NCBI RefSeq assembly: GCF_963921235.1
Contig: NC_086097.1
Coordinates: 213,530,001-213,594,000 of the forward strand
From: Mobula hypostoma
Lineage: Eukaryota
Reading direction: 5' to 3'
DNA: 64,000 nt
Shown here: positions 1 to 11,220 of the stretch, piece by piece
Layout: each line of letters starts with the position of its first letter
How positions within the stretch are numbered: the first letter of the stretch is position 1
Program-made: the position numbers and the translations under genes
Notes under the pieces: model-generated
Seen by the model: only the letters and a program-made list of their open reading frames with translations
Databases searched by the model: none
Told to the model about the DNA's origin: nothing

Positions 1-1345
1 ACTTGTGCTAAACACTTCACAGGTGTATTCAAAAACATTTTCAATCTCTCACTCCTGCGGGCGGAAGTTTCCGCCTGCTTCAAACTGGCAACAATTATAC
101 TACTGCCCAAGAAGTCTAGTGTGAGCTGCCCCAACAACTATTGTCCAGTAGCACTCACATCTGAGGTAAGAAAAATTGTTTTGGGAGTTTGGTCATGACT
201 AGAATCAACTCCTGCCTCAGCAAGGACCTGGACCCACTGCAATTTGCCTATCGCCGCAATAGGTCTATGGCTGACACAATCTCAATGGTTCTTCATGCGG
301 CCTTAGATCACCTGGACAATGCAAACACCTATGTCAGGGTACTGGTCGTTGATTATAGCTCAGCGTTTAACACTATCATTCCTGCAGTCCTGATTGAAAA
401 GCTACAGAACCTTGGCCCCCCCATACCTCTCTCTGCAAACGGATCCTTGACGTACCAACCAGAAGACAACAATTTGTGCAGATTGGTAATAATCTCTTCG
501 CTGACAACCAACATGAGCACACCTCAGGGATGTATGTTTAGTCCACTGGTCTACTCTCTGTACCATGACTGCGGCTAGTCATAGGTCAAATGCTGTCTAT
601 AAATTTGTTGATAATACAACCATTGTTGGCAAAATCTCAGATGAAGACGGGAGGGCGTACAGGAGCGAGATATACCAGCTAGCTGGATGGTGTTGCATCA
701 ACAACCTTGTACTCAAAGTCAGTAAGATGAAAGAGCTGATTGTGAACTTCAGAAAGGGTAAGACGAGGGAACACGAATCAATGCTCATAGAGGGATCAGA
801 AGTGGAGCGACTGAGCAATTTCAAGTTTCTGGGTGTCAATATCTCTGAGGATCTAACCTGGTCCCAACCTATCGATGCAGCTATCAAGAATGCCTCTTCC
901 ATAGACCTATTGTGGCTATATTTCATTAGAAGTTTGAGGAGCTTTGGTTTGTCAACTGAAACACTCAAACTTCTACAAATGTAGTGTGGAGAACATTCTG
1001 ACTGGCTACATCACTGTCTGGTATGGGGGGGGCAGTGGTGGTGACTACTGCACAGGATCGAAGGAAGCTACAGAAAGTAGAAAATTAGTCACCTCCGTCA
1101 TGAATTACTAGCTTCTGTAGTATCCAAGATGTCTTCAAGGAGTGGTGCTTCAGAAAGGTGGTGTCCATTATTAAGGACCCCCATCACCCAGGACGTGCCC
1201 TCTTCTCATTGTTACCATCAAGGAGGAGGTACAGAAGCCTAAAGGCACACACTCAGAGATTCAGGAACAGCTTCTTCCCCTCTGCCATCTGATTTCTAAA
1301 TGGACATTGACCCCATGAACAGTACCTCACTTCTTTATTATTTCT
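1..1345 (+). mobile_element. Decayed Rex1/Babar-type LINE (RT and 3' region)
   Basis: DPLQFAYR, VDYSSAFNTI, PQGC and FKFLGV motifs across frameshifted ORFs 189-578 and 565-984. Confidence 0.85.
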
Positions 1346-1490
1346 GTCTAAGTCCTTCTGAAGATTGATTTTCTGCTTCCTTAACACTACTCACATAGTC
1401 TGCAAACTTGGCATCAAAGTCATCAATTCGGTCATCCACATTGACAGGTAACTTGAAAAGAAACAGTCCCAACACCGACTCCTGCAGAAC

Positions 1491-2560
1491 AACGGCAACA
1501 ACATCTCCTCCACAATCTCCATCAGCACAGGTGCACTGCTCTACTCACTTTACTCTTATAGCTGTGTGACCAAGCACAGCTCCAATGCCATATTTAAGTT
1601 TGCTGATGGCACCATTGTTGTTGGCTGGATCAAATGTGGTGATGAATCAGCATATAGGAGGGAGATTGAAAATCTGGCAGAGTGGTTCCACAACAACAAC
1701 CTCTCAATGTCAGCAAGACCAAGGAGCTGGTTATTGACTTAAGGAAGAGGAAACCGGAGTCCATGAGCTAATCCTCATTGGGATGTCAGAGGTGGAGAGT
1801 TTCATCAACTTTAAATTCCTTAGCGTTATCATTTCGGAGGACCTGCCCTGGGTGCAGCGTGGAAGTACAATTACGAAGGAATTGCAGCACGGCAGTACCT
1901 CTACATCATTAGAAGTTTGCGAAGATTCGGCATGCATCTAAAACTTTGATAAACTTCTATTGATGTGTGGTGGAGAGTATATTGACTGGTTGCATCACAG
2001 CCTGGTCTGGAAACATCAATGCCTTTGAATGGAAAATCATACAAAAAAAGTAGTGGATGCAGTCCATTCCATCAGAGGTAAAGCCCTCCCTACTATTGAG
2101 CAGATCTAAACGGAGTGTTGTTGCAGGAAGACTACATGCATCATTGGGGCCCCCACCATGGATACTTTTCACTGCTACCATCAGGAAGAAGGTACAGGAG
2201 CCTCAAGGTTCACACCACCAGGTTCAGGAACAGTTATTGCCCGCGAGCCACTGAGGATAACTTTGCTCAACTTCACTTGCCCCATCACTGAGTTGTTCCC
2301 ACAAGCTATGCACTCACTTTCAAAGACTCTTCATCTCATGTTCTCCATTTATTGCTTACTTATTTATTATTGCTTTTTTTCTTTTGTATTTGCGTAGTTT
2401 GTTACCTTTTGCACATTGGTTTTTGTCCACCCTTTTGGATGTAGTCTGTCATTGATTCTATTAATGGTTTTTGGATTTACTGAGCATGCCCTCAAGGAAA
2501 CGAATCTGAGGGTTGTATGTGGTGACATATATGTACTTCGATAATATATTTACTTTGAAC
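1491..2560 (+). mobile_element. 5'-truncated Rex1-type LINE inserted into the CR1
   Basis: KFADG motif, similarity to the 565-1300 copy, 3' UTR ending TTTACTTTGAAC; same tail recurs at 24148 (-) and 25530 (+). Confidence 0.8.
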
Positions 2561-3109
2561 ACCACTATTCACTGCCAACCAGACAAGGCCCCTTTATTCT
2601 CACTCTTTGCTCATGCCAGTCAGCCAATCTTCTATCCATGCTAGTACTTTTCCTGCAGTACTGTGGGCTGTTATCTTGTTAAAGCAACCTCATGTATAGT
2701 GCCTTGTCAAAGACCTTCTGAAAACCAAATAAACAATATCCACTGACTCTCCTTTGTCGATATGTCCTGTTATTTTCTCAAAGGTTTCCAACAGGTATGT
2801 CAGGCTAGATTTCCCTTAAGGCAACCATGCTGACTTTGACCTATTTTATCATGTTCCTCCAAATACCTGAAACTTCATCCTTAATAACGTACTTCAATAT
2901 CTTTCCCAACCTCTGAGGTCAAGGTAACTGGCCTATAATTTACTACTTCTGCCTCCCTCCCTTCTTAAAGGGTAGAGTGACATGTGCAATTTTCCAGTCC
3001 TCCAGAATCATTCCAGAATCTCGTGATTCTTGGAAGATCATTACTAATGCCTCAACATCCTACCCCTTTTAGAACCCTGGGGTATAGTGCATCTGGTCCA
3101 GGTGACTTA

Positions 3110-4297
3110 GAGTCACAGAATCATAGAACACTACAGCACAGAAACAGGCCTTTTGGCCCATCTAGTCCATGCTGAACCATTAATCTGCCTGGTCTCATCA
3201 ACCAGCACCCAGACCATGGCCCTCCACGTCCCTCCCATCAATGTATCTATCCAAATTTCTCCTAAATGTTGAAATCGACCCCTCATCCTCCACTTACGCT
3301 GGCAGCTCATTCCACACTCTCAACGCTCTAAATGAAGAAGTTGCTCCCTCATGTTTCCTTTAAATATTTCACTTTTCTCCTTTAACCCGTGACCTCTAGT
3401 TGAAGTCTCATCAAACCGCAGTGGAAAAGGCCAACTTGCATTTACCCGATCTATACCCCTCATAATTTTGTAGACTTCTATCAAATCTCTCAATCTTCCA
3501 CGTTCCAGGGGATAAAGTCCTAGCCTATTCAATCTTTCTCTCTAACTCAGGTTCTTGAGTCCCAGCAACATCCTTGTAAATTTTCTCTGCATTCTTTTAA
3601 TCTTTTTTACATCCTTTCCATCGATCAGTGACCAAAACTAGACACAATGCTCCAAATTGGGCTTCTCCAAGGCCTTAACGCAATTTCAACATAACACCCC
3701 ATCTCCTGTACTCAGTACTTTGATTTATGAAGGCCAATGTGCCAAAAGTGCTTTTTACAACCCTATCTGCATGTGACGCCACTTTCAAAGAATTGTGGAT
3801 CTGTATTCCCAGATCCTTCTGTTGTACTGCACTCAGTGACCTACCCTCGTTGATCCTCCCAAAGTGCAACTCCTCACACTTGTCTGCATGAAGTTCCATC
3901 TTCCTTTTCGTAGCCCATTTACAAGCTGATCGAGATCCTACCGCAAGCTTTGATAGTCTTGCTGTCTACTACATCCCCAATCATGGTGTCATCCACCAAC
4001 TTGCTGATCCAGTCTGCCGCATTGTCATCCAGATCATTGATATAGGTGACAAACAACAACGAACCCAGCACTGATCCCTGCGGCACGTGACTAGTCACAG
4101 CCTTCAGTCAGAGGTAACCAACAACCACTCTCTGGACTTTTCGATGAAACCAATGTCAAATCCAGTTTGCTACCTCATTTTGAATGGACGCAACTGAACC
4201 TTTATAACCAACCTCCCATGCAGGACCTTGTCAAAGGTCTTGCTAAAGTCCACGTAGACAACATCTACTGTGTTGCCTTTATCAACTTTCCTGGTAA
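3110..4297 (-). mobile_element. CR1 LINE 3' fragment nested in older CR1
   Basis: ORF fragments RLRDLIEVYKIMRGIDRV and DLGIQIHNSLK; microsatellite-like tail at 3110-3130. Confidence 0.85.
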
Positions 4298-5171
4298 ATC
4301 CATGTATCTTCAGACCTTTGAGCTTATCAAGCAACTACTTGCTATTACTAGTAATTACTGGTAATAGCAGGTTCTTGCACATGTCAAATTTCTGGTATAC
4401 TTCTCGTGTCTTCTACAATGAAGACTGACGCAAAGTACTTGTTAAGTTTGTCCACCATTTTTCCCCCATTACTACCTCTTCAGCTCCACTTTCTAGCTAC
4501 CTGATATCCATGCTTGCCTTTTTTACTCTTTTTAATTGTACATCTGCGGGGGGGAAAAATTTGTGCCCTCTTTTATATGATAGGTTAGCTTACTTTCATA
4601 TTTTATATTTTCTTTTCTCAGGCTTTTATTGTTACTTTCTGTTTTCATCAACTTCCCATTCCTCTTAACTTCTCATTACTTTTTGCTATATTGTATGCCC
4701 ACTCCTGCTTTTTTTATGCTATCTTTGACTTCCCTAGTCAGTCATGGTTACATTATTCTCCCTTTAGAATACTCCTTCATCTTTGGGATGTATCTATCCT
4801 GCACCTTCTGAATTGTCCCCAGAAACTCAAGCCATTGCTGCTCTGCTGTTATCCCTGTCAGTATCCCCTTTCAATCAACATCAACCTGCTCCTGTCTCAT
4901 GCTGCTGTAATTCCCTGTACTCCACTTTGATACTTCTCCCTCACAAACTGCAGGGTGAATTCTTTCAAATTATGATCACTGGTTCCTTAGGGTTCTTTTA
5001 CCTTAAGTTCCCTAATCAAATCTGCCTCATTACACAACATCCAATCCAGATTTCCTTTCCTCTAGTTTGCTGAGCCATAAGCCACTCTAAAAGCCATCTT
5101 GTCAGCCTTCTGCAGATTCCCTCTCTTGGGATGCAGCACCAAACTGATTTTCCCAATCTATCTGCATATTC

Positions 5172-6150
5172 TTTAAGTTTGTCATAACCAAGGGGAGTAG
5201 TAGGGATAAGCTCCCACTACCTGTTAAATACTCCCAGTGGCGTGTGTCTTAAATAGCCTCTGACAACCAGGTTCAGCTCCTGTCCTTCACGTGTAGCCCA
5301 GCGGAACAGTTTCTACAGACAGAAGAAGGGGCAAAGGTGGATTCGTCGTCGTTGTGGCTATCCCCCGAGGTCGAGGATGATGGTCTTCGTTCTGAAGTGG
5401 CCCAAAGAGTGAAGACGCCTGTGCGTGTATTTGTTTAATGTGTACTTGATGTTGCACTCCAAGAAGCACACGATACTTCACAAATCAACCAACTGATTCC
5501 AATGGCATGGAAACCACGACGACTGGAGCTGATGGATTTGTTGCAGCCTTCATCCACCTTCACAGCTGTTGAGTTCGAAGTAACTTTGTCTGCCTGTCCA
5601 CCGTTAAGGTCTTGGTTGGATTGTTCTTTGTCAGGGACCTCACCCTCAACCTTACCGCCATGGGTGACCCTACCAGGAGCATAGCTCCAGACGGCATTAC
5701 TCTCGGAATCACAGGACCACACAAGCTTCTCCACCGCGACAAGGTGACAATCCACGGAGAAGAAAGGTTGATTACTGGCACCTTCAAACCAGTTGCTCCG
5801 GGCAAATGAGACTTGTCAGCCATAGTGGGCAGTTCATCTCTGATCTCAATGCTCTGCTGCCATGCAGTTATACCCACTCATGGGGAAAGCTTAGGGAGTA
5901 AACCCTGAGGAAATAGCCGGAGCTGGAGTCCCTAAGGCAATCGTATGTTGAGTTCAATGCTGACTGATGACTCCTGCAATGCTGCTGGTGCTAAATTGTA
6001 TCAGTCTCTGCCTGTCCTTTAGGTTGATCAGCTGCAAGGTGAGATGGAGCCTGCTGTATGTGCAACAACTTGCTCTCCTTTTCATACTGCTTTGGCTTGC
6101 TTAGGATGCAACATCCATGGTTGATCCCGTTCAGTGGAAGGCCTACTATT
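5172..6150 (+). mobile_element. Short non-coding retroposon resembling an RTE 5' UTR; host of the 5344-5762 insert
   Basis: Interrupts the CR1 at gcatattct|...|gaagttccc; no ORF; hairpin at 5' end; family call is from recalled resemblance only. Confidence 0.5.
5344..5762 (-). mobile_element. 419-bp non-autonomous RTE-derived retroposon
   Basis: 11-bp TSD AAAGGT(G/T)GATT at 5333-5343 and 5763-5773; (GAC)n tail; 5' part resembles the start of RTE-clade elements. Confidence 0.75.
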
Positions 6151-7764
6151 GCGTTCTGAAGTTCCCCATGACTATCGTAACTGACCTTTTTACATGCCTT
6201 AGCTATCTACCGTTGTAATTTGTACCCTACAACCTGGCCACTGTTGAGGGTATAACTCCGATCAGACTCATTTTACTCTTGCAGTTTCTTAACTCTACCC
6301 ATAAGGATTGTATGACAACTCTTTCTAAGGATTTGTTTTCAATTTCTACCAGCAGAGCCACCCTATCCCCTCTGCCTACCTACCTGTCTTTTTGATTCAG
6401 TGTATCCTTAGATGTTAAGCTCCCAACTATGATCTTTTTTCAACCATGGTTCAGTGATGCCTACAACATTGTACTTTGAAGCAAAATTGTGGTACTTCCA
6501 GATTGTTCCATAATTTTTTGAGTTTGAACCCCTCAAATTATTTGGCAACCAGAACTTTCAAAAGAACTTCCAGAGTTAAATCTTGGCAGATTCTTGTTTG
6601 ATTTTAAGTGAATATGGATAAAACAAAACAGTGAATAACAAATATTTTACTTCCTAAATACTTCTGGGTGTACCTTATGGATTTTGGGCTGCAGATCATG
6701 AAAACCATCGTGAAATTTCTGTATCACACCATCTTTTTAAATATCGCCTATATTTGATATTTCAATTCATAATTCAAGTCAATTAAAATGTTGCCCACAA
6801 TGTAAACTGAAAAGTTTTCTGTCTTCTCCAGGCATGCCTGGGCATGCTTAGGTAGAGAAGATGCTCCATAGCAGGACAGGCTTTAGAACGGCTATAAAAG
6901 CATCACGCACACACCGTGCTATGCATTGCATTTACATTTATGTCAGTTTGCGATCACATTGATGCGCATGCTCTATGTGCATCCTATATTGTGTGTACTC
7001 ATAATAAAGTAATTTATTTTCAGGAGCATTTGTGATAGCAAAGTGTCTCGCCACTGTTGCAGCAGCTACAATACTTTGTTATATTTGTGGCAAGTATACA
7101 CCTAAATCTCAAAGATCAAGCACATCTCCCCTTATTAAGAAAGCCTATGAGCTCTACTTTGGGTGTAAAATAGGTGACAATCAAAGCCTGGGCTCCTCAC
7201 ATTTATGCGCAACATGCAGTGTCAATCTTAGTGCGATGATATGGCAAGAGCAGAAGGATCATGTGACAGACTGCTATTTCTGTCTAACCAGTGTGTCTGG
7301 TTTCTCTGCTAAAAGCAAGAAATCCATTAAATACCCCAATCTCTTCAGCCATGAGACTTGATGATTGTCTTCCAGTACCGAAGCCAACAAAGACAGACTG
7401 GAGGAGGTAGATGAAGATGCCATGATGCACAATCCAGGAATGGAAAAAGGCACTGATACAGATTTTGAACAAGAAAGCCTCGTCTGACACCTTGATCTGA
7501 GTTGAATAACCTGGTCAGAGGCTTTGGTTTGTCAAAGACAAAAGCAGAGTTACTGGATTCAAGACTGCAAGGATGGAATCTGCTCTCACCGGGCCCAAAA
7601 CTTCCTGTGAAGGATTTCAAAATTTGAGACAGGTGTTTCCAGAATAACTGATGCCAAGATTAAGGAAAACAACAGGAATTCTGCAGATGCTGGAAATTCA
7701 AGCAACACACATAAAAGTTGCTGGTGAACGCAGCAGGCCAGGCAGCATCTCTAGGAAGAGGTGC

Positions 7765-7800
7765 AGTCGACGTTTCAGGCCAAGACCCTTCGTCAGGACT
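7765..7800 (-). ncRNA. Second minimal hammerhead motif in the inverted arm
   Basis: Reverse complement reads AGTCCTGACGAAGGGTCTTGGCCTGAAACGTCGACT. Confidence 0.8.
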
Positions 7801-8922
7801 AACTGAAGGAAGAGTGAGTAAGGGATTTGAAAGTTGGAGGGGGAGGGGGAGATCCAAAATGATAGGAGAAGACAGGAGGGGGAGGGATGGAGCCAAGAGC
7901 TGGACAGGTGATAGGCAAAAGGGATACAAGAGGATCATGGGCGAGGAGGTCCGGGGAGACGGGGGGGGCACCCAGAGGATGGGCAAGGGGTATATTCAGA
8001 GGGACAGAGGGAGAAAAAGGAGAGTGAGAGAAAGAATGTGTGTATAAAAATAAGTAACAGATGGGGTACGAGGGGGAGGTGGGGCATTAGCAGAAGTTAG
8101 AGAAGTCGATGTTCATGCCATCAGGTTGGAGGCTACCCAGACGGAATATAAGGTGTTGTTCCTCCAACCTGAGTGTGGCTTCATCTTTACAGTAGAGGAG
8201 GCCGTGGATAGACATGTCAGAATGGGAATGGGATGTGGAATTAAAATGTGTGGCCACTGGGAGATCCTGCTTTCTCTGGCGGACAGAACGTAGATGTTCA
8301 GCAAAGCGGTCTCCCAGTCTGCGTCGGGTCTCGCCAATATATAAAAGGCCACATCGGGAGCACCGGACGCAGTATATCACCCCAGCCGACTCACAGGTGA
8401 AGTGTTGCCTCACCTGGAAGGACTGTTTGGGGCCCTGAATGGTGGTAAGGGAGGAAGTGTAAGGGCATGTGCAGCACTTGTTCTGCTTACACGGATAAGT
8501 GCCAGGAGGGAGATCAGTGGGGAGGGATGGGGGGGCCGAATGGACAAGGGAGTTGCGTGGGGAGCGATCCCTGCGGAATGCAGAGAGAGGCGGGGAGGGA
8601 AAGATGTGCTTAGTGGTGGGATCCCGTTGGAGGTGGTGGAAGTTACGGAGAATAATATGTTGGACCCGGAGGCTGGTGGGGTGGTAGGTGAGGACCAGGG
8701 GAACCCTATTCCTAGTGGGGTGGCGGGAGGATGGAGTGAGAGCAGATGTACGTGAAATGGGGGAGATGCATTTAAGAGCAGAGTTGATAGTGGAGGAAGG
8801 GAAGCCCCTTTCTTTAAAAAAGGAAGACATCTACCTCGTCCTAGAATGAAAAGCCTCATCCTGAGAGCAGATGCGGCGGAGACGGAGGAATTGCGAGAAG
8901 GGGATGGCGTTTTTGCAAGAGA

Positions 8923-10358
8923 TGTTCGTGACACTTCTCACGCTCTTAAACTTTTCGATGATTTTAAGTTCCCTGGCCCCCACCGCTTTATTTTCACCAT
9001 GGATGTCCAGTCCTTATATACTTCCATCCCCCATCAGGAAGGTCTCAAAGCTCTACGCTTCTTTTTGGATTCCAGACCTAATCAGTTCCCCTCTACCACC
9101 ACTCTGCTCCGTCTAGCGGAATTAGTCCTTACTCTTAATAATTTCTCCTTTGGCTCCTCCCACTTCCTCCAAACTAAAGGTGTAGCTATGGGCACTCGTA
9201 TGGGTCCTAGCTATGCCTGCCTTTTTGTTGGCTTTGTAGAACAATCAATGTTCCATGCCTATTCTGGTATCTGTCCCCCCACTTTTCCTTCGCTACATCG
9301 ACGACTGCACTGGCGCTGCTTCCTGCACGCATGCAGAACTCATTGACTTTATTAACTTTGCCTCCAACTTTCACCCTGCCCTCAAGTTTACCTGGTCCAT
9401 TTCCGACACCTCCCTCCCCTTTCTAGATCTTTCTGTCTCTGTCTCTGGAGACAGCTTATCCACTGATGTCTACTGTAAGCCTACTGACTCTCACAGCTAT
9501 CTGGACTATTCCTCTTCTCACCCTGTCTCTTGCAAAAACGCCATCCCCTTCTCGCAATTCCTCTGTCTCCGCCGCATCTGCTCTCAGGATGAGGCTTTCC
9601 ATTCTAGGATGAGGGAGATGTCTTCTTTTTTTAAAGAAAGGGGCTTCCCTTCCTCCACTATCAACTCTGCTCTTAAATGCATCTCCCCCATTTCATGTAC
9701 GTCTGCTCTCACTCCATCCTCCCGCCACCCCACTAGGAATAGGGTTCCCCTGGTCCTCACCTACCACCCCACCAGCCTCCGGGTCCAACATATTATTCTC
9801 CGTAACTTCCGCCACCTCCAACGGGATCCCACCACTAAGCACATCTTTCCCTCCCCCCCCCCCGCATTCCGCAGGGATTGCTCCCTACACAACTCCCTTG
9901 TCCATTCGTCCCCCCCATCCCTCCCCACTGATTTCCCTCCTGGCACTTATCCGTGTAAGCAGAACAAGTGCTACACATGCCCTTAAACTTCCTCCCTTAC
10001 CACCATTCAGGGCCCCAAACAGTCCTTCCAGGTGAGGCAACACTTCACCTGTGAGTCGGCTGGGGTGATATACTGCGTCCGGTGCTCCCGATGTGGCCTT
10101 TTATATATTGGCGAGACCCGACGCAGACTGGGAGACCGCTTTGCTGAACATCTACGCTCTGTCCGCCAGAGAAAGCAGGATCTCCCAGTGGCCACACATT
10201 TTAATTCCACATCCCATTCCCATTCTGACATGTCTATCCACGGCCTCCTCTACTGTAAAGATGAAGCCACACTCAGGTTGGAGGAACAACACCTTATATT
10301 CCGTCTGGGTAGCCTCCAACCTGATGGCATGAACATCGACTTCTCTAACTTCCGCTAA
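8923..10358 (+). pseudogene. Penelope RT-EN ORF remnant with a frameshift near 9280 and a premature TAA at 9984
   Basis: ORFs 8846-9346, 9255-9986 and 10032-10358 join into one RT/GIY-YIG polypeptide. Confidence 0.9.
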
Positions 10359-10650
10359 TGCCCCACCTCCCCCTCGTACCCCATCCGGTATTTATTTATA
10401 TACGCACATTTTTTCTCTCACTCTCCTTTTTCTCCCTCTGTCCCTCTGAATATACCCCTTGCCCATCCTCTGGGTCCCCCCACGCCCCCCCCGTCTTTCC
10501 GGACCTCCTGTCCCCTGATCCTCTCGTATCCCTTTTGCCAATCACCTGTCCAGCTCTTGGCTCCATCCCTCCCCCTCCTGTCTTCTCCTATCATTTTGGA
10601 TCTCCCCCCCCCCCCAACTTTAAAATCCCTTACTCTCTCTTCCTTCAGTT

Positions 10651-10686
10651 AGTCCTGACGAAGGGTCTCGGCCTGAAACGTCGACT
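10651..10686 (+). ncRNA. Minimal type I hammerhead ribozyme motif in the Penelope terminal repeat
   Basis: AGTC-CTGACGA-AGG(gtctcgg)CCT-GAAAC-GTC-GACT: core boxes, stems I and II, palindromic ACGT in place of stem III. Confidence 0.8.
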
Positions 10687-10948
10687 GCACCTCTTCCTAG
10701 AGATGCTGCCTGGCCTGCTGCGTTCACCAGCAACTTTTATGTGTGTTGCTCCAAGATTAAGGAAGGCATTTTTGTTGGTCCACAAATCAAACGGATCATC
10801 AATGACATGCAATTCGAGGAGCTTCTAATAGGACCAGAGAAAATCGCGTGGAAGGCATTCAAGATGTTGTTGAAAATTTTCTTGGCAGCTACAGAGCATC
10901 AAACTACGTGCAGCTGGTTGACAACATGCTTCAAGTACACAAAACCAT

Positions 10949-11220
10949 CATCATCATAACTTGTCACACCAGACAACCAGCCACTCTAGTGTTGTTTGGT
11001 TGATGCTGAGCAGGTCAGTGTCAGCTAAATCAGGTGAGAGTGGGCAGTTGCGCAGAACGTGTTTAATGTTTTGCACCCTTTCGCCACGCGCACAGGATTC
11101 GCTGGTCTTTAAACCCACTTCACCATATTGTCTCCCGTCCTACTAAATCCCGCTCTTGCTCTGTTGAGAGTACACCACTTCCGTCTGTCAAGCAGTGCCC
11201 CGTCTGGTAACATTTCTGTT
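10949..11220 (-). mobile_element. LINE 3' fragment (Vingi/Ingi- or RTE-X-like) inside the Chapaev element
   Basis: WCTLNRARAGFSRTGDNMVKW followed by a CCHC-like remnant; (GAT)n tail; ACCAT duplicated at 10944 and 11221. Confidence 0.65.

Larger units (their letters stand above)
1346..6480 (-). mobile_element. Fragmented CR1-type LINE interrupted by at least three nested insertions
   Basis: CR1-like RT/EN sequence in pieces at ~1346-1490, 2561-3109, 4298-5171 and 6151-6480; the pieces read continuously once inserts are removed; boundaries approximate. Confidence 0.65.
7668..10750. mobile_element. Penelope-like element (Neptune-type RT + GIY-YIG) with a 5' inverted duplication
   Basis: RT motifs TMDVQSLYTSIP, GVAMG, YIDD; Cys-rich linker PCKQNKCYTCP; VIYC...YIGET endonuclease; perfect TSD CCAAGATTAAGGAA at 7654-7667 and 10751-10764. 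Confidence 0.93.

Noticed and set aside
7660..8934. Pro/Gly-rich ORFs (7660-7986, 7718-8047, 8402-8755, 8410-8934; also 10358-10828)
   Set aside because: Alternative frames of the Penelope arms and their purine/pyrimidine-skewed UTR; not independent genes
8846..9346. 166-aa ORF as a novel RT fusion protein
   Set aside because: Its N-terminus is antisense sequence read across the inversion junction at ~8922; it is a chance chimera
8087..10358. Selenocysteine recoding as in Naiad-type Penelope elements
   Set aside because: The in-frame stops are TAA and TAG, each unique to one arm, not conserved TGA
7668..10750. Inverted repeat as an assembly artefact
   Set aside because: The arms differ by independent substitutions and indels, and the unit has a perfect TSD that restores the host transposase frame
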